Shown: positions 51,601-63,798 of the stretch, in pieces
How the letters are laid out: every line of letters begins with the position of its first letter
How positions within the stretch are numbered: position 1 is the first letter of the stretch
Notes under the pieces: generated by a model
Told to the model about the DNA's origin: nothing
The model's input: only the letters and a program-made list of their open reading frames with translations
The model's database searches: none
Assembly: GCA_963514005.1 (NCBI GenBank)
Contig: OY740808.1
Span: 29,078,001 to 29,142,000 of the forward strand
Origin: Raja brachyura
Lineage: Eukaryota
DNA: 64,000 nucleotides
Direction of reading: 5' to 3'
Translations under genes and position numbers: made by a program

Positions 51601-54600
51601 TAACAATAAATACAACAACTATTGCAAAATCAGCAGAATGGTGCAAATGTTGTAGTGCAATTTGAAGTAGAGCGAATAAAGTACATAAGTGGAATAACAA
51701 AATGAGGTAGAGTTATGAGCAAGAGTATGTGGCAGCACCTCAAGTAGGGGGTGTGAAATAAATGATTGGTTCAGCATTGAGAGCAGTGGGGACGAAGCTG
51801 TTCGCAAGACTGGATGTCTGGGCTTTCAAGCTGCTGTACCTTCTAGAAGGTAGAAGATAGAAAAGGGAATGGCCAGGGTGGCAGACCTCTTTCACATTGC
51901 TTCCAGCCTTCCTGATGCAGTTGTGAAGTCGATGAGGTTGTGATGGACTGGGCAGTGCTCATCATTCTCTGCAGGTTCATGGCGGTCAAGAACAGAGCAA
52001 TTGCCACAGCAGGCTGAGGTGCATCCTCTACACCCAATCCGTCCGTCTAAGCTGCATCTGCGCCCAAGATGAGGTGTTCCCTACCAGGACATCCGAGATG
52101 TCCTCATTCTTTAGGGAATGGGGGTTCCCCTCTCCCATCAAAGATGAGGCCCTCATTCGTGTCTCCTCGAGATGCTGCAGTTCCACCCTTGCTCCCTCTC
52201 CCCCTAGTCACAGCAGAAACAGAGTCCCCCTAGTCCTTTCCTTACACCCCATCAACAGTTAAATACAACGCATAATCCTCCAAAATGTTCACCACCTCCA
52301 ACGGGATCCCAATACTAGTCACAACTTCTCATCTCCACCTATTTCCGCCTTCCACAGAGACTGTTCCCTCTGCAACTCCCTCGTTAACTCCTCCCTTCTC
52401 ACCCAACCACCCCCTCCCCAGAACCTACCTGATCTCCCGGTTGCTAAACACTTTAATTTTCCTTCTGATTCTTTTTGTCCTAGGTGTCCTCCATTGTCAG
52501 AGGCTAAACGCAAATTGGAGTAACAGCATCTCATATTTTGTTTGGGCAGCTTAAAGCCCAGTGATATGATAATTGATTTCTCTAAGTTCAAGTAACCCCG
52601 ACATTTCCTCTCTATTCCTCGCCCGCCCAAGTCACACCAGCTTCTTGTTTTCACCCAACAAACAGCTAACAGTGGCCTGTCTCCTTTATCATTGGTTCTT
52701 TTCTGCATATCTTTCATGTTCTTTATCTCTCTACTTCACTATCTCCACCTCTCGTTTCACTTTGCCGTGACTTTCAACCCGAAGAAGGGTCTCAACCCGA
52801 AACGTCACCCATCCCTTCTCTCCAGAGATGCTGTCAGTCCCGCTGTGTTACTCCAGCTTCGATATGATAGAATTTTACTTGGGTCCTTCTATGATGCATT
52901 TCTTTATTTAGTTCCTTCTGCTCTGCAGCTTTTTATTCTTAACCCAAACTCTCTTGCAGAAGCTAGTGAGGGTTGCCCATAACACTTGCAGAATATCACT
53001 ACCTGTCCTCCCTCTGTCATATTTTTCTACTTCATTATTTTTAATTTAAAAAATATATATATTTTGCAGTCTCTTACAGATGACAGGTGACCTGGAAGAT
53101 CTAGAAAATGTATTTAATAAATCGGACAGTTCAAAGATGTTTGGTTCTGGGTCTTGCTCTGCGCTCATCAAACTAATGCCAGACAATAAGGAACTGCTTA
53201 TTTCACATGATACCTGGAGTAATTATCAGACAATGCTCAGGATTATCAAGAAATACAAGATGCCTTTTAGGACCTTCCCAGCAGGTATACATGTTTATCT
53301 GACTGTTCAAAAAAGAACTCGGCAGTTTTAACAATGTGAAGCCTCACTAAAGTGTAAACGTAGTATTTTTTGTTTTAAGCATGACCAATAGAGCATAAGT
53401 TATGAACGTTCAATTTTTGTGTTTTAATTTGTATAGGTGTGCACTGAAAAGTACAAGTCATTCTAGTTATCAAAGCATAAAAGAGCTGATGATCAGCATT
53501 ATTTGGCTGTCTTGACTCCACAGTAAAATCTTGCAAAGCTGAACAATGTGGTGTGCACATATGGGAGAACATAGTTTACACACAAAGCCTCAATATCGGG
53601 TCCCAGCGGTTTTTCAGCATATGCCTGTCATATTTGGGATCTTTTCAATATAGCCCTATTCGTTGGCTAAAGTCCTTCTTTGTACGCAGGTTAACAGAAT
53701 TGGTATAATATTAATTGACCACTTAATCTCAATAGTTACATTTGTTGTGAATGAACAATGTGCTCATGGTTGCTAAATGTGAGGCACTTATTCAAGATAT
53801 TCCTGGATGATTTTTTTTAATTTAATTTTGTTACATTCTGTGATTAAAGCAATTCATTGCAAATAGAGAAACTAAGCATAAATTTAAAAAAAAATAGTTT
53901 CTAAGTATTGGCATAAGTATTATAGAAAATAATTTAGATATGGATATTAACTTAAGGATGATTTAAAAGCAAATAATTTCTGTACAATGTACTTTTGTTT
54001 TTAGGGTACAATTTATATATCGAGTCAACTGCTACAATGTGCAAAGGCAATTGACAATGTAGTGAATAAAGACAGTTTTATTCTGTATCTGACGAGAGAT
54101 GCTGATTCTGTTTGAAATCAAAGTGTCCCAGCACTTAAGATGATAGGCTTAAAATTTAAATATTATCTTTGATGACTATACTGGGGCTACCAGGATTAAT
54201 TCTTTGTAGAATGAATGGGATTAGATCCACAGAGTTCTGGAAATTGAATGCTGGAGAAAGATCATTAAGATTTACTCGCAATACGCTTGCTTTTATTTTG
54301 CACAGGTGATGTAATACCAGGTGAGGTGCAGGCCTTTTCATCATATCCAGGGACTATCTTTTCTGGTGACGATTTTTACATCTTGAGCAGTGGATTGGTG
54401 AGCAGTTTCTGGATGTATTTTTTAATCCTTCACAGCTTTCCTAAATGAACAAATATGTGCTTATCAATCAGAGCATCAACTGTGATGCACATAATGCCTT
54501 AGGCGACACATAAACTGACCACATAAGGACATAAATTAGAGATTGAACATTTTTGATTTCCTCATTTATCGGGTGGGAAATATCACCGGCACGGCGAATA

Positions 54601-57600
54601 TGAACAACTCATCCTTAACTGCACTTGAAGGTGCTAGCAACATTTCCAGGTGCTAATCCGCTGTCTGTACAGTGAAGGTACAATATAATTCTATTTATCC
54701 CAGGAGGAAAATTGGCCTGCAAACAGTCATAAAACACAATAAGATAGGCAAAACATGAAATTAAAATGATGAGTGGAAAGTCCAGGATTGGGGATGTGCT
54801 GAGATTTGGGAGTGGGGGGAATGGAGTCTACCCCATGATAGAAGGAGGAGGAGATGTACAGTTTGACAGCCACAGTAAAAAAGGATCTGTAGCGTTCTGT
54901 GTTGCATCTTGGTGGAACCAGTCTGTTGCTGAAGGACCAATGTGTCATTGAGGGGGTGTGCTGCATTGCTCCATGGCACCATGGAGGGGGTACCCCTTTA
55001 TAACTGATTTTGCCCAGCAATGGAAGCAGAATGGCAATATTTTTCCACGTCATGCAGTTAAACATCATGGATGTTAATAAAGTCTCCAAGCCTACGGAAG
55101 GTATTCTTTTGAACTCCTGACCTAAGACCTATAGATGGTGAAAAAGATTTGATTAGTTGGGTTGTGAACCACTCATTGCTGAACTATAAGGCTTTGACTG
55201 CATTTCAAATTACAGTACTTAGTGGTTAGTTCAGGTAATTTTCTAATTAGTAACCTTTCCATGCCCAAAAATCCCTTTGGAATTTATAAAATGAGAATGG
55301 GTGATGACAACGCTTGATGGAATATGAAAATAGGAAATTGGCCCAGTAGATAATGTGTTATTGGTTGTAGAAATTGGTATTTGGTTTAAATTAGCATTTG
55401 GTGCCAAAATTTCCTTCAACTAAATAGGGACAAAACGGAGATAATTGTTTTTGGTTCTAAAAAAGAAAAGCTTAAAGTAACCCAACGCCTTCACTCTTTG
55501 TCCTTGAAAACCTCAAAGTCAGAAATCTCGGGGTTATTATGGATTCAGATTTACATTTCGACAGTCACATCAAATCAGTAACAAAATCGGCCTACTATCA
55601 CCTCAAAAATGTAGCAAGACTAAGAGGACTCATGTCAGCTCAAGACTTAGAAAAACTTGTATATTAATTACTATTAGGCTAGATTATTGTAACGGTCTCC
55701 TTGCAGGTCTTCCGAAAAAAACTGTCAGGCAGCTACAGCTAGTTCAGAACACTGTTGCTAGAGTTCTAACAAAGATCAAAAAATCTGAACACATTACACC
55801 AATTCTTAAATCCTTACATTGGCTCCCTGTGTGTCAGAGAATTGATTTTAAAATCTTGCTGCTCACCTATAAATCACTACATGGTTTAGGGCCAAAGTAT
55901 ATCACTGACATGCTTCCACTATATAAGTCTTCTAGACCCTAAGATCTTCAGAGACCAATCTGTTAGTGATTCCCAGAGTAAATACAAAACGTGGGAAAGC
56001 AGGATTTAGTTACTATGCGTCAAATAGCAGGAATAAACTTCCTGAAGATTTAAGACTTGACCCAACTTTGACCACTTTTAAAACAAGACTGAAAACTTTT
56101 ATGTTTACTTTAGCTTTCAGCTAAATCCTAACTACATTGCACTTTTAACTTTTGCATTTTTCTATAATGCATTTTTTACTTTTATTTTCTTTTAATTCTT
56201 CTATTTTATTTCTTTTATTATTATTTCATTTTATTGTATGACATGTTATTATGTGAAGCATAAAGTCTGCCTCGTGTATGAAATGTGCTATATAAATAAA
56301 GTTGCCTTGCTTAAATCAAAGACTTCGAAGTTGACTGCAGTTAGAATTTCTGAAACAATATAATTCATTTCAGATGTGCTGGAATTGAACTGCAGAAACT
56401 GGTTTAAATGGAGGATAGACACAAAAAATTTTGAACTATTCGACACAACATACGAGAGTAACTCAGCGGGACAGGCAGCAACTCTGGACAGTAGGAGTGG
56501 GTGACGTTTTGGGTCGAGACCCTTTTTCAGTCTGAAGAAGTGTCTCGACCCGAAACATCACCCACTCCTTCACTCCAGAGATGCTGCCTGTTCTGCTGAG
56601 TTACTCCAGCTTTTTGTGTCTAATAGTTAAAAAATAGACATAAGATGCTGGAGTAACTCAGTGGGTCAGCCAGCATCTCTGGAGAAAAGGAATGGATGAC
56701 GTTTCAGGTCGAGACCCTTCTTCAGACTGTCAGGGGAAAGGGAAATTAGAGGCATGAAAAGGTTCAAAACAAATCAGAGCCCGCTCCGATGACCATGGAA
56801 AGGGGGAGCCCACAATGGTGCTTTTTTGGCTATGGAAAAGGTGATCACAAAAGGATATATGTTTGCAAATTAGTTGAACTTTGGGAAGAATATATGGAAG
56901 GAGAAAGATTTCTCGTGTCTCTGAATAACAAGGGAAATAAATAATAAGCAAAAGGGGTTTGAATACAATGAAAGAAGAAAAAGGACATGATTACTTCAAC
57001 TACCGCAATTTTAATTTTTAACAAGTATGGAAAGTTGAACTGATGCATTATTAATATTGATCTCTTTTTTGAAAGGTTACTCTAGAAACCACAATAGGTA
57101 ATAATAATGACCATTTGTGGAGTTTTGTGAAGCCATATGGTTCTGTGATGGAGTGGTTAAGAAACATTATAGCTAATAGACTTGCAACAAATGGTGCGGA
57201 ATGGGCTGCAACTTTTAAGAAGTTCAACAGTGGCACGTGAGTTCAGTTAATTAAAAAACCTATTTTAAATGGACCACACAGCTGTTAGTAAAGTGCAAGC
57301 CATTTTAAGATTTGTTGGTTAAGATGCTGGTTTGATAGACAAAACATGAACATAGAAACATTGTCATGAACATGACAAAACATAGACTAAACCGAAGATA
57401 GACACTAAAGGGCCTGTCCAACTTGCATGCGATTGCGCGACCAAATGGAAGTGGAGTTCGCGCTAAGTACGCGCGTGATGTCATTTGCATCATGCTTACC
57501 AATCAGCTGGGCAGGAGACGGGCCGACTGAATTTGGGCATCGCACGGCCTCAGGCGGTGACGTCATCACGCAATGCCATGCCAGCAGTGACGTCATCGCG

Positions 57601-60600
57601 CAACGCCACGCGCTAGACGTACGCCGTCAAGATGCTGCGTACGTGGTCAAGACGTGGCAAGGAGCCTGCCACGTGGCAATGTCGGGACCCGCCCCGCAAA
57701 ACTCCGCGCTTCTAAGTGGGACCGGCCCCTCGCGGCCATACGGTGCCTGTGCGCCTCAAGCGACCACGAGGTTGAGTAGTTTGCGAGCCAAGGTCGCATA
57801 AGTGGGACAGGCCCTTAAAAAACTGGAGTAGTTCAACGGGTCGGACAGCATTCTCACAAACCGGAATAGGTGACGTTTCGCGTTTAGACTGAAGAAGGGT
57901 CACCTATTCCTTTTTCTCCAGAGATGCTATCTGACCCGTTAAGTTATTTTAGCTTTTTGTGTCTTATCATAAGTAAAAGTGATCGGTATTACACAAAAGG
58001 AGACCATTCCGCTCATTAAATACCTGTTAGTGTTATTCTGACATCTCTCCATAACTTAATAATTGTTTTTCCACCAAGTACCTAACTAATTTCTTTTGAA
58101 TTCTCAATTTGATTCTCCACCATTCTTTTTGGTACTGAGTTCAAAGTTAGAAAAATTGTTGCATCAGTGAATCTTGTGGAACACTTTTTCTTTGAAGATA
58201 AATTCAATTGTAAGCAATTGAATTCTTACCGTAAGCATCTGTCTGTGTGGAGTTTGTATGCTTCCTGTAACTGTGTGGGTTTCCTCCCACATCTAAATGC
58301 GTACGGATATGCTGGTTAATTCGCTTCTGTAAATTGCCCCAAGTGTGTAAGGTGTGGATGCAAAAGTGGGATAACATAGAAGTGAACAGGGTAATCAATG
58401 GTCAGAGTGAAGTTGGTGGGCCAGAGGGCGTGTTTCCATGCTGTATATTTCGATCAGTCAATCTAGATGTAAAACTAGATTGTAAACAAATTAGCCAAGC
58501 AAGACATGCAATGCCACCTGGGGACTTCTCAAATTGTTTGTGTTAATTCTTCATTAATATTGGAAAATATAGCAAATGTTTCCAGATTTTGCCTTGATTC
58601 ATGCGTAAAAGGATCTGCGCAGTCGGAATGGCCTGACTAGATGACAATGCACTGCTTAGCAACATAACACAAAACTTCTCCCCACATTTTTATTAGAGAA
58701 AATACATTTTAAATCAGTACCTGATTAGATTTGTGCCATATCTTACTAGATTCTGTGGTTTCTTGGGAGTTTGCACGCTTGAGTATATATATATATAGTG
58801 ATTCATGATCTGAAAATAGTTAGCGAACAGTTAACTTTAAGATTTATTTTTAAAGTCGGGTTAATTTCTCACATATTCTAATGTTGTATCACTCTGCCAC
58901 CGAAATACTTGAAACATGTTCAAATTATATTTAGCCACTTGGTGGTATCACAACTGAAGTAATCAGAACATTATTTGCAATTCACATTGAACTTTTTAAT
59001 GTGCATCTTTTCAGTTTATAATGTTTGTATTTTAGAGATACAGAGTGGTAACAGGCCCTTCGGCCCATCAAGTCTGCGCCAACCAGCAATCACCCCGTAC
59101 ACCAACACTATCCTACACACTAGGGACAATTTGCAATTTTATCAAACCAATTCACCTTCGAACCTGTACATCTTTGGAGTGTGGGAGGAAACCGGAGCAC
59201 CCGGGGGAAACCCACACAGTCACAGGGAGAGGTACCAATTCCATTCAGGGAGCGTCCTCAGTCAGGATTGAACCCGGGTCTCTGGAGCTGTAAGGCAGCA
59301 ACTCTGCTGCTGGGCCAATGTGCCACCCTCATTCTGTTTCCCCATCATCATTATCAAGTCAGGTCTGCGGGAGTTCCCCCACCGCCACAGGTACCATGTA
59401 ATCCCATGCTACCTGCTCCATGGTCATATGGTCAGCGACTAAACCGTCTCCCCCACCTAGTTTGCCATGTGAGGAGGGGGCTGTAGACCCCCCATCTGGA
59501 CCAAAAACAAGACCTGTCAAAGGGCGGATGAGCTCCAAGCGAGCCGAAGGCCATCCACACTTCAGTAGAAGTTGTGATCACTGTCGTGCACAGCATTGTA
59601 AGGCACCGTGCCCATTGATGTTTTCAACAATGATGATAATGATGATTATCACTGCTACTTATTTAACTGTGAAACATTTGATCACAACTCTGATGAGCAA
59701 ATGAACAGCAGATGCCCATTTGGGAAACCAATCTGAATTGTTGCATAGATTAAGTCACGATCAAAATATTTTAAATGCCAAATTCATGCATGTCTTCCTG
59801 GTGAGAATCAGCTCCTAGCCATTGAGAGCTGCAGGCCCTGGAACATACACTGCGTAACATTTAAAGTTTTCTTTTCAGGCAGTGACATGTTTTTGGAGGA
59901 TACGTTGCGAATGGAAAGAGGCAGGTGCCCACTTTCTTGTCCTAGTCATTATCTCAAGCTGATCCAAGTATCTCAGCAAAATGTCAGGAATGTTGTTTCA
60001 TTTTGACCCTTTCAAAATAATGTGGTTCGATTAAATTCCTAGATGAGGATTGAGAGAAATTGCACTAATTAAACCATTTAATATGATGTACGATGACATA
60101 ACACACTTATTGTTTGATAACATCATATTCCAAAAAGCTAATAAAGAACATTCTCTTGTAAGCAGGTAGAAGATTCAAGCAAAACACAGAAATTCTGGAT
60201 TTGATAACTATTTCATAACTTATTTATGACTATTTATAACTTGGCACCTTACTGATTATATTTCCCCTGCTCCTTTAATATATGGTCACTATGCTTTAAC
60301 ATTCACGAAAATAGCTGTAATGAAATATTATATGTTTTTCTCCTTCACAGCTACAATAATCAGTGGATGATTGTGGACTATAATTTCTTTAAACCAGGCA
60401 AATTTGATATCGATAACAACCTGTTGACAGTTCTGGAACAAATACCGTAAGTATGAGTGTGATGTGCTTGATTTCTTGGTTTATTTGGTTCTGCTGGGCT
60501 AAGCTAGAAATGCCGTCATGGACAAGGTGCTCCACAATTTGTCTTTACAATGTTTATTTCATGGAACACTTTGATTCTGGCCTGCATAGTGAGAATGGGT

Positions 60601-63600
60601 AAACACTCTTGATTTTATATGTAGGAAAGAACTGCAGAAGCTGTTTTAAATCGATGGTAGACACAAAGTGCTGGTGTAACTCAGCAGGACAGGCAGCATC
60701 TCTGGAGGACACAAAATGCTGGAGTAACTCAGCGGGACAATTGACATAAAATACTGGAGTAACTCCAGAGGTGCGACCTGTCCCGCTGAGTTACTCCAGC
60801 AATTTGTGTCTACTCTTGATTGTATTCTGGTTGCTTCTGTCAGGCTTTGTTTGCATTTCATGTTCCCTCCAAACTTTTGTGCAATTGCAGGGGCGAAGTT
60901 GTTGTTGCAGATAAAACAGATGAGCTGATGCAGAACGGTTACTGGGCGAGTTACAACATACCGTAAGTATGGACCGCGGTGAGTAGGTTCGTTCTCCTGT
61001 CTCTATACAAGTACAATTATCCAGTTTAATTACATTTTTATACGCATTCCCTAGAAACAAGCTCATTATCTGCCTCATTCTAATTTTTTTAAATTTGTAT
61101 TTTATTATCTCATTTATACTACTCTCTCACTGACGATCTTTAGTGTTATTTTAAGTCAACTCATTCAACATATTAAATTTGGACTTTTAACAAGTATTAC
61201 TCTCATAAACATAATCCACCAATTTAACCTTGAGAAAAAAATGAACCAGATGTGAGCAGATTTTTAATCAAATCTCCTGCATTTTCACATTCTGTAATCT
61301 ACCATGACTAAAATCTTTTAATTGATACCCACTCTCATACTATCACTCCCCCCTCTTTGCCATGAAAGCCAATGTCCCATTGAGTGCCTCGAATGCAGAA
61401 GCATAAAACAGTCATATATCTGTGACTATTCAAAGAAGAGCTGGATCTCTTCCAAGGCAGCTTTCAACATTTATCCCTCATCCAACATCAGATTGCATGA
61501 TTACCTATTAAAGATGTCTGCACTGGGCAGTATCCAAGATTGTTCACATTGATTGAAGTGTGCTCCTGAAGGTGAATGAATCCTTTCTGAAGTAGGCGAG
61601 GATCTGATATGGTACTTTCTCTGTAAGTTAAGCCAGAGCATGACTTGCACAGAAAATGGCAGGGATCTGTTAAACAGAGCAACCTAGTGGTACAAGTAAA
61701 TAGTTCTCTGGGAGTGGCGACACACGCGGACATAGTGGTGACAAAGGCATTTGGCAGGCTTGTCTTCACTGGTCGGGGAATTCAGCACAAGAGCTACAAC
61801 TGTGACTTTGGGATGTGGGAGGAAACCAGAGCACCCGGAGAAAACCCACACGGTCACTTGTCAGCTAACATGGAGTTGTCAGCTCAATTGGCAGCAACAC
61901 ATGTCAAACCTTGCTCGGGAAAACAATTAAATATTGTGGCAGAATGCTTAGGCTAACTTAGAGGGTCCAGTAAATCATGCAAGATCACTAAGATAAACAT
62001 TTGCTTTCCCAGAGACATCTGAGACTAGCTCAGTGCCTGAAAGGACAAATAACTCGTGTTATTTTGTCACAAAGGAAGTTAGCTTGTTTTGAAACATAGT
62101 CACCTGTTGTTTTAGATTAGGGTGGAACCACAATCTTATTCTGATATATAAGTGCATGCTTCAACCGAGCTTTAGAGAAAAAAACTTCACCTTCCAAAAG
62201 AGAGAGAGAGCCTGGACTGTGATGCATGCATGTCTCAAGGCCAGCCATCATAGACTGGAGTCTCGGATATGCAGAGGGACGTAATTAATTGTCGCTTAAT
62301 TAATAATTTTACTTTAATAAATATAGTTGCATGCTTTGTGCAAAAAGACTGCAGCTGTGAACACTGCCCGGTCCATCACCACCTCTGACCTCCCCACTAT
62401 CGAACGGATTTACTGGAGCTGCTGCCTCAAAAAGGCAGCCAGCATCATCAGAGACCCGCACCACCCATATATGCACACACACACGTTGTGTGTACGTATG
62501 TGTGTGTGCATATATATATATCGGTATTTGTGAGTATGTGTGCCTGTATATACACACTGAACTTTTTTCTTCTCATTCATTACATTGTTTACAGTGTACT
62601 ATGTTCACATATTCAGTTGTGCTGCTGCAAGTAAGAGTTTTGTAGTTCTATCTGGGACATATGACAATAAAACACCCTTGACTCTAGTTGATGAACTCTC
62701 CAAAATGTTCTTTCTCCATTCATTGATCCAAATCCTTGAAAGTTATATTTTGTTACGTTTTGGAATAGTCAGCAGGAGTTTGAAAATCTGGAGAAAGGAG
62801 GTTGAAGTCTGAACCTGAGACGTTTCTGGTCCCGGGATGGTTAGATAATTCTGAAGATTGTGGTAGTTTGTTTAATGTGTTACCCAATGGTGGGCACCTA
62901 AATAATGAATAAACGAAAGATACTTTAAAGAATGAATTATACAGGCCCTTCTGCACACCGGGAGTAAGGGTGTCGGGTTATGGGGAGAGGGCAGGAGAAT
63001 GGGGTTGAGAGGGAACGAGATCTGCCGTGATTGCATGACTGTGTAGACTTGATTGGCCGAATGGCCTAATTCTGTTGCTAGAACTTATGAAGCCCATAAT
63101 GGATGGATCATTGAAGACTGGCTCCAGGCATATATTCTCTCCTTTGTCCTTGAGTGGTCCAACCCACTCCATATTTTAGTAATGTCAAGTTCTAGACTGA
63201 AGAGAGCAAATATGTGTTGATGGGTCCAACAGTAGAGGAGGTTGTGGTAAATGGCTGCACCGACGCCACTCGTGAGCTCAACCATTAAAAAAATAATTTG
63301 GGGCGAGAGAGTTAATGGATAAGCCCGTTCCTGTGCAGCCTTTGCTGTCTCAGTCAAGGTCACACAAGCGACTTTCCAGGGCGGCTAACCCTTTTGTCAA
63401 GTCTTTCGGTTTCAATTTTCATTTTTTCTATTATGATACCCTGCTGCCAAAGTGTAGTAGCAACTATCCATCCCACTTGTGGGAGATCCTCGTTCGTTTT
63501 GGAGAAACCTACTCCCTCCAAACATTTAATAATCAAATATGGTAGCTTTGCTGGCTAATCCTTTACCACTCTCCCAATATTATTTTTTTTAATGTTTTTA

Positions 63601-63798
63601 AAACATAGTTTTAACTCCAAGTTGTCCCCTTCCATTTTTTTGTAGGTATTTTGAAGACATCTATAACGCAAGTGGTAAACTAGCCCTGTTTCAGGAATAC
63701 GGAGACTGGTTCAGTTATGACAAGAGTCCTCGAGCTCTGATATTCCGACGAAATCAGACTTCTGTTACAGACTTGAATTCGATGATTAAATTAATGAG
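34404..63798 (+). CDS. PLBD2: Phospholipase B-like 2 (lysosomal Ntn-hydrolase), exons 1-10; gene continues past the window
   Basis: Ten exons join in frame; signal peptide, [10 protein letters not shown] autocleavage/nucleophile motif, FSSYPG, GDDFY, NSGTYNNQW and YWASYNIP motifs. Confidence 0.96.
35830..35923 (+). CDS. PLBD2: PLBD2 exon 2
   Basis: [31 protein letters not shown], 94 nt. Confidence 0.95.
35979..37585 (-). mobile_element. Rex1/Babar LINE, 5'-truncated, RT and C-terminal domain nearly intact
   Basis: [28 protein letters not shown] and KFADDT motifs; in-frame TGA at 36764-36762; (ATT)n tail. Confidence 0.92.
37868..38760. mobile_element. Two HE1/V-SINE-like copies (+ then -)
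   Basis: Copies at about 37868-38120 (+) and 38476-38760 (-). Confidence 0.7.
40775..41280 (+). mobile_element. CR1 LINE 3' fragment
   Basis: aggctgaggggtgatcttata..., gggcataaatttaaggtgagagggg...; CR1 ORF2 end. Confidence 0.8.
41314..41900 (-). mobile_element. Rex1-type LINE 3' fragment
   Basis: [22 protein letters not shown] and [13 protein letters not shown]...[11 protein letters not shown]; (TTTGA)n tail. Confidence 0.85.
42128..42301 (+). CDS. PLBD2: PLBD2 exon 3
   Basis: [28 protein letters not shown]...DPYWYQ, 174 nt. Confidence 0.95.
42471..42616. other. Assembly gap (146 N)
   Basis: Run of N. Confidence 1.
42617..43255. repeat. GA-rich polypurine low-complexity tract
   Basis: Almost only G and A on the + strand, next to the gap. 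Confidence 0.95.
43810..44140 (+). mobile_element. CR1 LINE 3' fragment
   Basis: Same tail family as 2964-3165. Confidence 0.8.
45625..45655. repeat. (CA)n microsatellite
   Basis: About 15 CA units preceded by cgcgcg. Confidence 0.95.
46640..46854. mobile_element. Solo terminal inverted repeat of the same Tc1 family
   Basis: TA|CAGTGCCC..ATGTTTGGGACAAAGAC..., closely similar to 2669-2885. Confidence 0.88.
47553..47850 (-). mobile_element. HE1/V-SINE-like element
   Basis: Same family. Confidence 0.8.
51210..51310 (+). CDS. PLBD2: PLBD2 exon 4
   Basis: [33 protein letters not shown], 101 nt, donor gtaagt. Confidence 0.92.
52035..52860 (+). mobile_element. Penelope-like element fragment
   Basis: [16 protein letters not shown] segment, endonuclease C-terminus remnant and pLTR with hammerhead-like motif near 52780. 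Confidence 0.8.
53070..53284 (+). CDS. PLBD2: PLBD2 exon 5 (catalytic Cys, TGC at 53155-53157)
   Basis: [12 protein letters not shown]...[11 protein letters not shown]...[18 protein letters not shown]...; 215 nt. Confidence 0.96.
54306..54397 (+). CDS. PLBD2: PLBD2 exon 6
   Basis: [30 protein letters not shown], 92 nt. Confidence 0.95.
55410..56310 (+). mobile_element. L2-clade LINE 3' fragment
   Basis: [34 protein letters not shown] and [22 protein letters not shown] motifs; tail gtgctatataaataaagttgccttgc. Confidence 0.88.
56696..56727 (-). ncRNA. Minimal hammerhead-ribozyme-like motif (best copy of many, Penelope pLTR-derived)
   Basis: Minus strand gt-CTGAAGA-A-GGGTC-tc-GACCT-GAAA-CG-TC-at: conserved core, stem II, palindromic ACGT stem III and GUC cleavage triplet. 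Confidence 0.6.
57076..57236 (+). CDS. PLBD2: PLBD2 exon 7
   Basis: [20 protein letters not shown]...[12 protein letters not shown]...FNSG(T), 161 nt. Confidence 0.95.
57409..57815. mobile_element. PIF/Harbinger-type MITE (related family), nested in a Penelope-derived repeat
   Basis: TIR AGGGCCTGTCCMACTT; TAA TSD at 57406-57408 and 57816-57818; CpG-rich interior. Confidence 0.85.
59030..59327 (-). mobile_element. HE1/V-SINE-like element
   Basis: Same family. Confidence 0.8.
60351..60446 (+). CDS. PLBD2: PLBD2 exon 8
   Basis: [31 protein letters not shown](P), 96 nt. Confidence 0.95.
60891..60962 (+). CDS. PLBD2: PLBD2 exon 9
   Basis: [23 protein letters not shown](P), 72 nt. Confidence 0.95.
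63646..63798 (+). CDS. PLBD2: PLBD2 exon 10
   Basis: [10 protein letters not shown]...[33 protein letters not shown](R), 153 nt. Confidence 0.95.
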
